Positions 39,518 to 49,893 of a stretch of DNA of 64,000 nt are shown here, in pieces. The notes beneath the pieces are model-generated. The model was not told the origin of the DNA. It did no database searches and was given only the letters and a program-made list of their open reading frames with translations. Position numbers and translations under genes: made by a program. The stretch is from Nitrosopumilus sp. (GTDB lineage: Archaea > Thermoproteota > Nitrososphaeria > Nitrososphaerales > Nitrosopumilaceae), in contig OZ245040.1 of NCBI GenBank assembly GCA_965224195.1, positions 320,001-384,000 on the forward strand. Reading direction: 5' to 3'. Each line of letters opens with the position of its first letter. The stretch's first letter is position 1.

Positions 39518-40621
39518 TTACTGTTCAGATTTTCTAGCCAAAATTTTTTCTTCAAAATTAAACAATATTACATCAATTGGAACTTTTTCTTCAGAATATT
39601 TTCTCATGTGTTTATACGTCTCACCACAAATCAAGTCAAAAAATCCTTCAACGTGATTTTCTTGAATAATTTCTGAAACATGTCTTGCAGTATTTGCTTT
39701 TTTTATCTCTTGAATTACACTTTCATTTGCATTACATTTTTGGGCTAACTCGGCTAGAAAATTCATATCTACTTTAGATCCTTTAACATGAGTTTGTTTA
39801 ACACCTGCTGCCATTTTTGCTAGCTTTCCAATGAAACCTACAACATATGCTTTTTTGATATCTTTTTTACCGCATTGCTGAATAGCGTATCCTGAAAAAT
39901 CACCTATTTGTACAAAACAATGCTCTGGCAAATCTACTATTTTTTTTGCAAAATCTTCACTTCTTCCACCAGTTGTAAGTACTACTATGTCATTACCGGC
40001 TGCAATTGCTACATCCAAGTTTTGTCTAATTGATGCTGCATAAGCTGCTGTCGAAAATGGAATAACGATTCCACTAGTTCCTAAAATTGAAATTCCATTT
40101 ATAATTCCTAATCTTGGATTGTCAGTTTTTGGTCCCAACTCTTTGCCTTTAGGAACTGAAATAACTACTCTAATTCCTTTTTCTAAAAGAATTTCTTTTC
40201 CTGCTTCTTTCAGATTTTCAGTAATCATTTTTTTAGGAACTGGGTTTATTGCAGGCTTGTTAATTTCCAAACCTAATCCTGGCTTAGTTACTATGCCAAC
40301 TCCTTCTCCACCATCGATTTCAATCTCATTTATTTTTTTAGTAAATAACAACTCTACAATAATTTCTGCTCCATGAGTGACATCCGGATCATCTCCTCCA
40401 TTTTTGATTACTATGCATTTTGCTTTAACAGAATCAAATTCACATGAATTAATTGGAATTTGAAGATAGGATCTTTTTGGTAATAAAATATCTACATTCT
40501 CAATTTTTTTCTGATTAATTATTGATAACAGTGCAGCTTTTGATGCAGCAGTTGCACAACTCCCTGTAGTATAACCTGTCTTTAATTTTGTCTTCTCTTC
40601 TTCCACATTAGTTGTATTCAT
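39518..40621 (-). CDS. cbiD: Cobalt-precorrin-5B C1-methyltransferase
   Basis: GYTTGSCATAA, GDDPDVTHG, GGEGVG..TKPGL and NPRLGI..GISILGTSGIV motifs. Confidence 0.96.
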   Translation of the reverse strand: MNTTNVEEEKTKLKTGYTTGSCATAASKAALLSIINQKKIENVDILLPKRSYLQIPINSCEFDSVKAKCIVIKNGGDDPDVTHGAEIIVELLFTKKINEIEIDGGEGVGIVTKPGLGLEINKPAINPVPKKMITENLKEAGKEILLEKGIRVVISVPKGKELGPKTDNPRLGIINGISILGTSGIVIPFSTAAYAASIRQNLDVAIAAGNDIVVLTTGGRSEDFAKKIVDLPEHCFVQIGDFSGYAIQQCGKKDIKKAYVVGFIGKLAKMAAGVKQTHVKGSKVDMNFLAELAQKCNANESVIQEIKKANTARHVSEIIQENHVEGFFDLICGETYKHMRKYSEEKVPIDVILFNFEEKILARKSEQ

Positions 40622-40700
40622 TTTATGGTATTAACTCTTATTTCTTAATTTTTGAAAATTATTCAAATAGATTTAAAATTAAAACAAACTTGGTTCTATT

Positions 40701-41570
40701 ATGGTTAAACCTCTGAAGATTGTTGTTACTGGAGCTAGTGGATTTATTGCAAAAAATCTTCGAAAATATTTATCAGAAAAAAATGTTAAATTAATCTCAA
40801 TATCCCGAAATGACTTTAAGAATTTTAAATGCGAAACTAAGATTATCTCAAAAAATTATGAAGAAAAAAATATTCTTAAAAAAATACAAAATTCAGATGT
40901 ATTAATTCATCTTGTTGGAATAGGAAAACAATCTGTAAACACTGATTATGATATGATAAATACTGAATTAACAAAACATATTGTAAATTTAAGTAAAAAA
41001 ACTAAAATAAAAAAAATTATTTTTTTAAGTGGTTTGGGAGTTTCATCTAACACATCATTAGGTTATTTTATTTCAAAATATAATGCCGAAAAACAAATTA
41101 TTGATTCTGGTTTAGATTTTACAGTTTTTAGACCTTCATATATTGTTGGAAAAGATGACTTATTTTCAAAAAATCTAAAAAAACAAATTAAATCTGGAGA
41201 AATTATAATTCCAGGCTCTGGAATCTATTCAATTCAACCCATACATGTGTCTGATGTTGTAAAAGTAATTTTCGAATCAGTATCACAATTAAAATTCAAC
41301 AATAAAATTATTGATCTTGTTGGACCTGATTATGTAACTTTTGAAAAATATGTTAAACTTTTTTCTAAAGGAACTAAAACAAAAATTAGAAAAATTAAAC
41401 TTGAAGAGGCATATCATAATGCAATAATAAATTCAAAATCTTATTTTGGAATTGATGATCTCAATATTTTAATTGGTAATTTTAAAGGAAATCACAAAAG
41501 ACTATCTAAAATGTCTAAAATTGAATTTAAATCAGTATTGAAATTACTACAATCCGGCAGATTGCTTTAA
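40701..41570 (+). CDS. NAD(P)-dependent epimerase/dehydratase (atypical SDR)
   Basis: [22 protein letters not shown] and QPIHVSDV motifs. Confidence 0.87.
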   Translation: MVKPLKIVVTGASGFIAKNLRKYLSEKNVKLISISRNDFKNFKCETKIISKNYEEKNILKKIQNSDVLIHLVGIGKQSVNTDYDMINTELTKHIVNLSKKTKIKKIIFLSGLGVSSNTSLGYFISKYNAEKQIIDSGLDFTVFRPSYIVGKDDLFSKNLKKQIKSGEIIIPGSGIYSIQPIHVSDVVKVIFESVSQLKFNNKIIDLVGPDYVTFEKYVKLFSKGTKTKIRKIKLEEAYHNAIINSKSYFGIDDLNILIGNFKGNHKRLSKMSKIEFKSVLKLLQSGRLL

Positions 41571-42713
41571 TGTTTCAGATTTATCGGTTTTTTCCCAAGT
41601 AAATTCTGGCTCATTTCTTCCAAAATGACCATAAGCAGCAGTTTTTTTGTAAATAGGTCTTTTCAAATCTAATTGAGATATGATTCCAGATGGTTTCATA
41701 TCAAAATTCTTTCTAACTAGTTCTTCAATTTTACTTTCAGAAATTTTGTTTGTTCCAAATGTATTAACATAAAGTGATACTGGTTCTGCAACTCCTATGG
41801 CATATGCCAATTGAACTTCACATCTATCGGCTAATCCTGCTGCTACTAGATTTTTTGCAATGTATCTACACATGTAACATGCAGATCTGTCAACTTTAGA
41901 TGGATCTTTACCTGAGAAAGCTCCCCCTCCATGTCTTCCAAATCCACCATAACTATCAACAATAATTTTTCTTCCTGTTAACCCTGCATCTCCATGTGGA
42001 CCACCAATCACAAATTTCCCTGTAGGGTTTATGTGAGTTTTAACTTCATCATTCCAAAGATTTCCTAAAACTGGTTTGATTACTTTATCAATAATCTCTC
42101 TTGATATTTCCTCTTGAGAAACTTCTGGGGCGTGTTGTGTTGATATAACAATTGTTTCAATTTTTGTAGGTTTGTTATCTACATATCTTACAGATACTTG
42201 TGATTTACCATCAGGTCTAACCCATGATAAAGTACCATCTCTTCTTACTTGTGATAATTTTTGAATAAGTTTGTGTGCTAGTAAAATTGGCATAGGCATT
42301 AGTTCTTTAGTTTCATTTGATGCGTAACCGAACATCAAACCTTGATCTCCTGCACCTTGTTCTTTTCCTTCAGCAGCTGTTACACCTTGACTGATATCTG
42401 GACTTTGTGAATGTAATTTTAAATCAACTTTACAACTATCTCCATCAAACATCAAATCTTTGTTGTCATAACCAATTTCTTTGATTGTCTTCCTAACTAA
42501 TTCTTCTTGAGCTTTTTTATCAAATTCTGCTTTTGATGTAACTTCTCCTGATACAACAACATAATCAGTTGTGACCATTGTTTCAACTGCAACTCGGGAA
42601 TTAGGATCTTGTTTAAGGTATTCATCTAAAAATGCATCAGAAATATTATCACATATTTTATCTGGATGTCCTTCAGTTACTGATTCAGACGTAAATAGAA
42701 AATTGTTGGTCAT
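41547..42713 (-). CDS. metK: S-adenosylmethionine synthetase (bacterial/eukaryotic type)
   Basis: [35 protein letters not shown] and TAAYGHFG motifs. Confidence 0.97.
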   Translation of the reverse strand: MTNNFLFTSESVTEGHPDKICDNISDAFLDEYLKQDPNSRVAVETMVTTDYVVVSGEVTSKAEFDKKAQEELVRKTIKEIGYDNKDLMFDGDSCKVDLKLHSQSPDISQGVTAAEGKEQGAGDQGLMFGYASNETKELMPMPILLAHKLIQKLSQVRRDGTLSWVRPDGKSQVSVRYVDNKPTKIETIVISTQHAPEVSQEEISREIIDKVIKPVLGNLWNDEVKTHINPTGKFVIGGPHGDAGLTGRKIIVDSYGGFGRHGGGAFSGKDPSKVDRSACYMCRYIAKNLVAAGLADRCEVQLAYAIGVAEPVSLYVNTFGTNKISESKIEELVRKNFDMKPSGIISQLDLKRPIYKKTAAYGHFGRNEPEFTWEKTDKSETLKQSAGL

Positions 42714-42729
42714 AAAACCACACTACTAT

Positions 42730-42975
42730 CTAGAGTTCGTTTTCTAGTTTGATAAATAATACGTTATTGCCTCTTACGATAACTCTACCATAATTTGCAA
42801 TTGTTTTGCCATCATGAAGTTCTTCAGCATCAGTCATAATCAAATTCATATAAGAATCGACATTATCCATTTTTCCTTTATACTCGACTTCATTTTTCAG
42901 TCTTACTGTAACTTTCTTCTTGGTACTTTTTTGAAGAGTTGTTAGAGGTCTTTTTGCGCTATTTGTCTGGGACAC
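42730..42975 (-). CDS. Sm-like (LSm/SmAP) protein
   Basis: VRLKN...YKGK...DSYMNL...DAEE...IVRGNNV. Confidence 0.93.
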   Translation of the reverse strand: MSQTNSAKRPLTTLQKSTKKKVTVRLKNEVEYKGKMDNVDSYMNLIMTDAEELHDGKTIANYGRVIVRGNNVLFIKLENEL

Positions 42976-43083
42976 TAATTGTTCACTTGTTTTGCAACTT
43001 TGTTCTCTAGCATAAAAGCCTTACCTCTTTTATGAAAATTGAAATTCCTTAAATTTTTTCTTCTTTTTCTAATAATTATACAA

Positions 43084-43743
43084 ATGATCTCTACTGGTTT
43101 ACAAAAATTAGACAAATTCTTGTTAGGGGGAATTCCTGATAATGTAATAGTAGATGTATTTGGTGGCAATGGAACTGGAAAAACTTTATTCTTATTACAA
43201 TTAGCAATAAATTCAATCAAAAACGGTGGGAATGTTCTGTACTTGGATACTACAGGTGGGTTTAGACCAGAGCGAATTATTGAAATCCAAAGAGAATTAG
43301 AAATAGAGATTAATTTATTGGAAAAAATCACTGTATTTAGAATTACAAATACTTCAGAACAAATCAAATCTTTTAGTTCTCTTGAACAAAGTAATTTTTC
43401 TTTAATAGTAATTGATAATATCACTGATTTATTTTCTTATGAATATCAAAAAGATGAATCTACATTTGAAAAAAATTTACTATTTATGAAATACATGCAT
43501 GAATTATCAAAATTCTCTATTAGAAAAAAAATTCCAATAATTATTACTAATATGATTAGAATAGTTAATGATACTGAGGTAGAAAATATGCAAAATGCAA
43601 TTGATCCTTATACTCACATCAAAATTCATCTTTTTAAAAATTTATCTAAATTTAATGGACAAATCTACTGGGCATTAAAAAAAGAAAATTTTTCTTACAC
43701 AATTAACAAAATTGGATTATCTGATAATAGTGAAGATTTTTAA
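43084..43743 (+). CDS. RadB/RadA-like RecA-superfamily ATPase
   Basis: ISTGLQKLD...GG, FGGNGTGKT, YLDTTGGFRPERI and LIVIDN motifs. ATG at 43084 is preferred. Confidence 0.85.
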   Translation: MISTGLQKLDKFLLGGIPDNVIVDVFGGNGTGKTLFLLQLAINSIKNGGNVLYLDTTGGFRPERIIEIQRELEIEINLLEKITVFRITNTSEQIKSFSSLEQSNFSLIVIDNITDLFSYEYQKDESTFEKNLLFMKYMHELSKFSIRKKIPIIITNMIRIVNDTEVENMQNAIDPYTHIKIHLFKNLSKFNGQIYWALKKENFSYTINKIGLSDNSEDF

Positions 43744-43765
43744 CGGTCTCTTCTAATGGTGAACT

Positions 43766-43885
43766 ATGGCAGGAATTTTTGATTTAATACCAATTATGAC
43801 TGTAGTTTTGTTTGTACTTGGTTTAGTCGGTGTAATTGTTTATGAAAGATCACGATCAAATACCCCAGTTGAATCAACATCTTAA
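43766..43885 (+). CDS. Putative single-TM microprotein, 39 aa
   Basis: Manual translation MAGIFDLIPIMTVVLFVLGLVGVIVYERSRSNTPVESTS*; overlaps the poorly defined 5' end of the helicase. Confidence 0.5.
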   Translation: MAGIFDLIPIMTVVLFVLGLVGVIVYERSRSNTPVESTS

Positions 43886-46583
43886 TTCTTTATTTGGAAA
43901 ATTTGGTTTTTCTAAACTAACTGAAATTCAGAAAAAAGCATCACCAATAATTTTGCAAAAAAAAGATTGTCTTGTAATTGCACCAACAGGGTCTGGTAAA
44001 ACAGAATGTTCAGTAATTCCAATTTTTTCACTTGTAAAAAATGTTAAAAAAACTGGAAAAATCAAAACTCTATACATTACTCCACTAAGAGCATTGAATC
44101 GTGATGTCTTTCGAAGAATTACAAAATATGCTCATGAAAATCAATTAACCCTTGAAATTCGTCACGGTGATACTAGTCAAAAAGATAGAAAAAAAATAAC
44201 TGAAAATCCACCTGATATTCTAATTACTACTCCTGAAACTCTTGTTATTCTTTTAACACAAGTTAAAATGCTTACCGCATTATCTGATTTAGAATGGATT
44301 GTAATAAATGAAGTACATGAATTATTGTCTAGTGAAAGAGGCTCGCAACTATCACTAAGTATTGAACGATTAGAATTAAATTCAAAATATCCTCTTACAA
44401 AAATTGGATTATCTGCTACTGTTGGGAATTTTGAAGAAGCAGGAAAATTTGTTGTAGGAACAAAACGAAAATGTGAGATCATTCGAGATACTTCTGTAAG
44501 AAAATATGATGTGGAAGTCAAATATGTTGATGGAACTATTTCAGATGTTGCTCAAAAGATTATAGATTATGTAATAGAGTTAGAATTAGATTCCCCCATT
44601 CTTCTTTTTACAAATACTAGAGGAGAAGCTGAATTTTTAGCATCAATTTTAAAAGAAAAATCATCTATTCCTATTGAACTACATCATGGTTCTCTTTCAA
44701 AACAAGTAAGGGAAGAAACTGAATTAACTTTACGTGAAGGAAAACGTGGAATTGTAGTATGTACATCTTCATTAGAATTAGGTTTAGATATTGGATCAAT
44801 CGAATTGGTAATTCATTATGGCTCTCCTAGACAAGTATCTAAATTTGTTCAAAGAATTGGTAGAAGTAAACATAATCGTGATGCATCAGCTCAAGGATTA
44901 ATTATTACAAATAATTCTGATGGTGAATTTGAAACAAGAGCTATTCTTGATCGTATTCAAGAAGGTTCGATTGAAGAACAAAAAATCCATGAGGATTCAC
45001 TTGATGTTTTAGCTCACCATTTAGTTGGACTATCAATGCAAATTGGTGAAATTTCAGTGGAACAAGCTTTTGATTTGGTAATCAAAGCATATCCTTTTAG
45101 AAATTTAAAAATTAAAGATCTACTTGATATGTTAAATTTACTTGATTCAAACTATTTGATATTTTTTGATAGAACAAAAATGACTTATTGGAAGAAAGGC
45201 GGTGCTTTCAAATATTATTTTGAAAATCTTTCTACAATACCTGATATTTTAAAATTCAAAGTTTTTGATAGTGTTGGTAAAAAAATTATTGGATCTTTAG
45301 ATCAAAGATTTGTAGGCGATTTTGGTGACTCAGGAAATATTTTTGTTTTGAAAGGTTCACAATGGAGAATTCTAAATGTAGATGAAAAATCATTCAGTGT
45401 AAATGTAGAGCCTTTCAGAGGAGGAGGAATTACAGTACCATATTGGGAAAGAGAAAGTATTCCAATTGATTATAAGACTGCAAGAAAAGTAGGATCTTTC
45501 CGTAGCAAAGTTAAGAATGGAAATTTTACATTGACAAATAAAATAATTGAAGAATTAACTATTGTTCCAATTCCAGATGAAAATAATATTGTAATTGAAT
45601 CTAATCGCTCTCAAGGATCCATAGTAATTCATTCTTGTATGGGTTCAAAAATTAATTCTACATTATCTACAATACTTTCTTCAATGTTGTCTACCATGTT
45701 GGGATCAGTAGTAGACTCTCGTTCTGATGGATATAGAATTGTTTTATCTTCTACAGCAAGAATCTCAGAAAAACTCTTTATAGAAATTCTAAAAGATAAT
45801 TATAATTTACAAACAGTTGTTGGTGAGTCTTTAACTGGAACGCATAATGTAAATTGGCGAACTTGGTGTGTTGCTAAAAAATTTGGTGTAGTTGGTCGTG
45901 GTGCAGTATATGAAAGAAAATCTGCTCGATTTTTGTATGAACGATATTCTAAAACAGCACTTGTATATGAAGCATTACGAGAATTATTTCATGATAAATA
46001 TGATCTAAAAAATACTGAAAAAATTCTAAAAAAAATCAAAGATGATGAAATTCATGTTACTTGGTTAGAAGTTGATAAATTCTCAAAATTGGCTGAACCT
46101 GTTTTAGATCACACTGCAAAATATTATGCATCTCCAGCAAATCTTGACAAAGGAATTATTGATCTTGTTAAAGCTAGACTAGAAAAAACTAAACATCGCT
46201 TGATTTGTGCTCGTTGTGGAAAATGGGAACGTGTAATGCAAACCTTTGAGGTAAAAAATTTGATAATTTGTCCTTATTGTAAGGCAAGACAAATCACTGC
46301 TACATATTATTCAGATTATGATTTACCTAAAATAATTAGAAAAAAACATGAAGGAAAAAAACTATCTGCAGAAGAAAAACACAAGTTTGTTCGTGCCTGG
46401 AAAGTTGCCTCATTGGTTGAAAATTTTGGCAAAACTGCTATCACTGTAATTTCTGGATATGGTGTTGGTGCTGATACTGCTGCAAGAATCTTGAGAAATA
46501 TGGTCGATGAAGAACATTTGTTTAAACAAATCTATGAAGCAGAAAGACAATATGTTGTGACAAGAGGTTTTTGGGATTCTTAA
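43836..46583 (+). CDS. lhr: Lhr-like ATP-dependent SF2 helicase
   Basis: APTGSGKT, YITPLRALN, RHGDT, TTPE, LSAT, HHGSLS, TSSLELGLDIG and QRIGRS motifs, with a C-terminal Zn ribbon. Walker B reads NEVH, and the true start may be slightly downstream. Confidence 0.9.
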   Translation: MFMKDHDQIPQLNQHLNSLFGKFGFSKLTEIQKKASPIILQKKDCLVIAPTGSGKTECSVIPIFSLVKNVKKTGKIKTLYITPLRALNRDVFRRITKYAHENQLTLEIRHGDTSQKDRKKITENPPDILITTPETLVILLTQVKMLTALSDLEWIVINEVHELLSSERGSQLSLSIERLELNSKYPLTKIGLSATVGNFEEAGKFVVGTKRKCEIIRDTSVRKYDVEVKYVDGTISDVAQKIIDYVIELELDSPILLFTNTRGEAEFLASILKEKSSIPIELHHGSLSKQVREETELTLREGKRGIVVCTSSLELGLDIGSIELVIHYGSPRQVSKFVQRIGRSKHNRDASAQGLIITNNSDGEFETRAILDRIQEGSIEEQKIHEDSLDVLAHHLVGLSMQIGEISVEQAFDLVIKAYPFRNLKIKDLLDMLNLLDSNYLIFFDRTKMTYWKKGGAFKYYFENLSTIPDILKFKVFDSVGKKIIGSLDQRFVGDFGDSGNIFVLKGSQWRILNVDEKSFSVNVEPFRGGGITVPYWERESIPIDYKTARKVGSFRSKVKNGNFTLTNKIIEELTIVPIPDENNIVIESNRSQGSIVIHSCMGSKINSTLSTILSSMLSTMLGSVVDSRSDGYRIVLSSTARISEKLFIEILKDNYNLQTVVGESLTGTHNVNWRTWCVAKKFGVVGRGAVYERKSARFLYERYSKTALVYEALRELFHDKYDLKNTEKILKKIKDDEIHVTWLEVDKFSKLAEPVLDHTAKYYASPANLDKGIIDLVKARLEKTKHRLICARCGKWERVMQTFEVKNLIICPYCKARQITATYYSDYDLPKIIRKKHEGKKLSAEEKHKFVRAWKVASLVENFGKTAITVISGYGVGADTAARILRNMVDEEHLFKQIYEAERQYVVTRGFWDS

Positions 46584-47977
46584 TTCTTTTTTGTGATTTT
46601 AGAAAATGGAGAGATAAAAAGTTCTATTCTACCTTCTAGTCCTGGTTTTGCATTAAGTCCTGTAATTGAAATAATTTCTCCTAATTCACATTTATCAATA
46701 ATTCTTGCTTGATTTCTCCAACCCTTTACCCAAATTTGACCAGTATCATCTTCAACAAACATTTCTGAAAGTACTATAGATTCACCTGATTTTGTTTGAA
46801 CTTCACGTCTTTCAGGAACTTTCAAAACTATTGCTTCAATACAATAACTTGCATCTACTTTGATATCATTAATTTTTGTTCTAAGTTGAGATAATGAAGG
46901 AATGGATTCATCATTGTCTAATTTTCTTACAAACGAATTTTCATCTAGTGATATTGAATTTCCATAAATTTTTGATGGCATACATTCAATGACATCTCCT
47001 TCCACACAAATGCTAGTTGAATTTGAAGAATCACTGATATTGAATAAATTCTTTTTATTATCAACTGCTAAAATCATACTTTTACCATTTTCTGTTGGTG
47101 TTATAGAAAGAACCCTGGCGATTATTGGCTCTGCTTCTTTACCACCTTCAATTTCAATTATTGTAGAATCATTTCCATGAATTTCAAGGCCTTGGTTTCC
47201 AGATTTTACTCTAACACCAAGTAATCTTACTTTGGCAGATTGTGAAATCATATTTGGTATGATGGATTCATCTTTTCCCCATAGAACTACTCTCATTCCA
47301 GTTCCATCTTTTCCTTTTAGTCTCATTCTTAGTGCTTTTCCAGGCATGCCGCGAGAATTTGTAAATTCCATTCCACTAATCACCCCATCAATAGTTCCAG
47401 AAATTACTAGATCTTTTTGACCTTCTTTAGACTCACTAACATCTTTTGTAATAGTATCAATATTTGGAATTTCACTTTTAGTATCTGTAGTTTCTATATT
47501 TGATCCAGAACCAATGTTAATTGTTGGAGAGCCATCTAGATCAGATTTTACATAAGCTTTGATTATTTTAATTAAATCTCCAGGTTTTAGATTTTCAACA
47601 CCTGGAAGATTTGCTTTTTCATCCCATAATTTTACACTAGCTGTAGAATTTGTATCGTATACAGTCATTGTTCTAAGATAGAATGGAGAACCATCTTTTC
47701 TAGAAAATTGTTTTGCGGGTGAAAGATTCAAAACTCTTGTCTCTAATGAAATTTCTTTTGCCCCCGCATACAGATCTTTTAAACTAATTTCAATTTTTTC
47801 TGGCTCTGATAATGTAATACCCAAATCTGATGCAATTAGAAATAATGCCCCCTGATCTGTTAAATAACCTGCACCAATTTTTTCTTTCTTTTGTTTAATC
47901 TGTTCTTCAAGATCACTTTTAGTTAATTCTGGCTTTTGTACAAGTAATTTATCAATAAGATTTTCAAATTCAGACAA
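46580..47977 (-). CDS. rpa: Replication protein A / multi-OB-fold ssDNA-binding protein
   Basis: Repeated OB folds (FSRKDG...VKLWD; RVVLWG; EDDTGQI..KGW). Confidence 0.88.
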   Translation of the reverse strand: MSEFENLIDKLLVQKPELTKSDLEEQIKQKKEKIGAGYLTDQGALFLIASDLGITLSEPEKIEISLKDLYAGAKEISLETRVLNLSPAKQFSRKDGSPFYLRTMTVYDTNSTASVKLWDEKANLPGVENLKPGDLIKIIKAYVKSDLDGSPTINIGSGSNIETTDTKSEIPNIDTITKDVSESKEGQKDLVISGTIDGVISGMEFTNSRGMPGKALRMRLKGKDGTGMRVVLWGKDESIIPNMISQSAKVRLLGVRVKSGNQGLEIHGNDSTIIEIEGGKEAEPIIARVLSITPTENGKSMILAVDNKKNLFNISDSSNSTSICVEGDVIECMPSKIYGNSISLDENSFVRKLDNDESIPSLSQLRTKINDIKVDASYCIEAIVLKVPERREVQTKSGESIVLSEMFVEDDTGQIWVKGWRNQARIIDKCELGEIISITGLNAKPGLEGRIELFISPFSKITKKN

Positions 47978-48200
47978 TTCATTTTTTGATAAACTTATTC
48001 TATTAATAAAAATTTCACTTGTTTGAAATTGTATTTTTTTAACAAAATGATCGCTTGAACATATTTTTATTCAATTTTAAATCTACAAATTCATCTATTT
48101 TCTAAATCCATACATGATTTATCATAATCTATTCAAATTCCTCTTAAAACATCTTGATTTATCTCACTAACTAAATTAATAGGTAGATCGCAGTTTTGGT

Positions 48201-49139
48201 ATGTCTTGTATTGATGTTAACCATTTATCAAAATCATATGGTTCAGTTCATGCAGTGGATGATCTAATTTTATCAGTAAAAGCAGGTCAAGTTTTTGGAT
48301 TTTTAGGCCCAAATGGTGCAGGAAAATCCACCACAATCAAGCTTCTTACAACTCTCATTCCACCTTCAAGTGGATCATTATCTATTTTGGGCGTTGATGC
48401 TGTAGCAGAACCTCTCAAAATTCGTCATAAAATTGGAGTAGTTTTACAACAACCTAGCTATGAACCAACATTATCGGTAGAAAAATCTCTTGAAAAATAT
48501 GGGATGATGTGGAATATTCCTAAAACTGAACGTAAAAAAAGAATGGAACAACTCTTGAATGATTTTGATTTAGTTGAAATTCGTAAAAAAAGAAATGAAG
48601 ATCTATCTATTGGTCAAAGAAGAAGAGTCCAAGTTGCACGTGAATTTATGCATGATATGGAATTATTATTTTTAGATGAACCTACAGTTGGATTAGATCC
48701 AAGTGCTAGAAGAAAATTATTAGATTATTTAAAAAATAAAGTTAAAACTGGTTTAACAATTTTTTATACAACACATATTTTATCTGAAGCAGAATATCTG
48801 TGTGATCAAATAGCTATTATTGATAAAGGTAAAATTGTTACTGTTGATTCTCCTGATGCTTTAAAAAAAAGATTTGGAAAAGAAAAGACAATAAAAATTC
48901 ATTTATTAGAAAAACAATCTGAAATTCCTTCTCTTTTATCTAATATTGTAGATTGTAAAATTAATTTTGAAACTGGAACAAATATCATTATTCACTCAGA
49001 GCAATCTGAATTAGTATTGTTAAAAGTATTGAAAATACTTAATGATAATAAAATTGATATTGAAGATCTTTCAGCTGTACCTACAAATCTTGAAGAAATC
49101 TTTTTGAATATGGTGAGAGAAAGTGCATCCAATAATTAG
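48201..49139 (+). CDS. ABC transporter ATP-binding protein (DrrA-like)
   Basis: GPNGAGKST, LSIGQ, LFLDEPTVGLD and TTH motifs. Confidence 0.93.
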   Translation: MSCIDVNHLSKSYGSVHAVDDLILSVKAGQVFGFLGPNGAGKSTTIKLLTTLIPPSSGSLSILGVDAVAEPLKIRHKIGVVLQQPSYEPTLSVEKSLEKYGMMWNIPKTERKKRMEQLLNDFDLVEIRKKRNEDLSIGQRRRVQVAREFMHDMELLFLDEPTVGLDPSARRKLLDYLKNKVKTGLTIFYTTHILSEAEYLCDQIAIIDKGKIVTVDSPDALKKRFGKEKTIKIHLLEKQSEIPSLLSNIVDCKINFETGTNIIIHSEQSELVLLKVLKILNDNKIDIEDLSAVPTNLEEIFLNMVRESASNN

Positions 49140-49884
49140 ACTTGTAAATAGAAATCTTACGATTTCTCTTAATCCTGGTTTTTTAATTTGGCAAGTAATT
49201 TTCCCTTTAATCTATATTTTTGTAGCTGGTTTTGCTTATGCCCCATTAATCAATACTGTTCCATTTGGAAATAAAGAACTTGATTATCCTGCATTTTTAG
49301 CATCTGGTATGATTGGATTTAACATAATGAATAGTACACTAATCTCTGGCATCATAATCTGGAATGATAGAAAACATGGAATGTTTGAACAAATTATGTC
49401 TGGACCCTTTACTAGGAGTCATTACATTCTAAGTAATATTTGCACAATTGGAATAATTGGATTGGTTAGTGCCGGATTGATAGCTGTAGTTGGATATCCA
49501 GTATTTTTTGAATCTGTAGAATTTTCATTTGTTACAATTCCAATAATTATTTTTGGTGCTATTACAGGCTCTGTTCTTTTTGGTTCATTGGCATCAATTA
49601 TCTCAACTAGGATACGCTCAAGTGAGGGATTTAATGTATTGATCAATACTGTTTTTCTTTTCTTTGCTTTTGTTAGTACTGCATTTTATCCAGCAGGTGG
49701 AGCTCCAGAACCATTACGTACTGCATTTTATCTAAACCCATTAACATATCTTGTAGATGTAATTAGAGCAGGAATTTTTGGAACAATCACCGAATTCGTA
49801 ATTATTGAAATGATAATACTAGTGGCAATTGCATCAACATTATTTGTTATTGCTTCGCGATTGCTTACAAAATTAGACTTTTAA
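49123..49884 (+). CDS. ABC-2 type transporter permease
   Basis: Six TM segments, YPAFLASG, and STAFYP...NPLTY..D..R. Confidence 0.92.
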   Translation: MHPIIRLVNRNLTISLNPGFLIWQVIFPLIYIFVAGFAYAPLINTVPFGNKELDYPAFLASGMIGFNIMNSTLISGIIIWNDRKHGMFEQIMSGPFTRSHYILSNICTIGIIGLVSAGLIAVVGYPVFFESVEFSFVTIPIIIFGAITGSVLFGSLASIISTRIRSSEGFNVLINTVFLFFAFVSTAFYPAGGAPEPLRTAFYLNPLTYLVDVIRAGIFGTITEFVIIEMIILVAIASTLFVIASRLLTKLDF

Positions 49885-49893
49885 AAATAAAAA

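Noticed and set aside
47978-48200. Possible decayed small gene on the minus strand between rpa and the ABC transporter
   Set aside because: The frame I read has multiple stops and no recognisable motif, so it cannot be supported.
48201-49884. ABC-2 exporter as part of a RiPP, bacteriocin or glycan-export system
   Set aside because: It is a generic DrrAB-like pair with no adjacent precursor peptide or modifying enzyme, and no substrate can be inferred.
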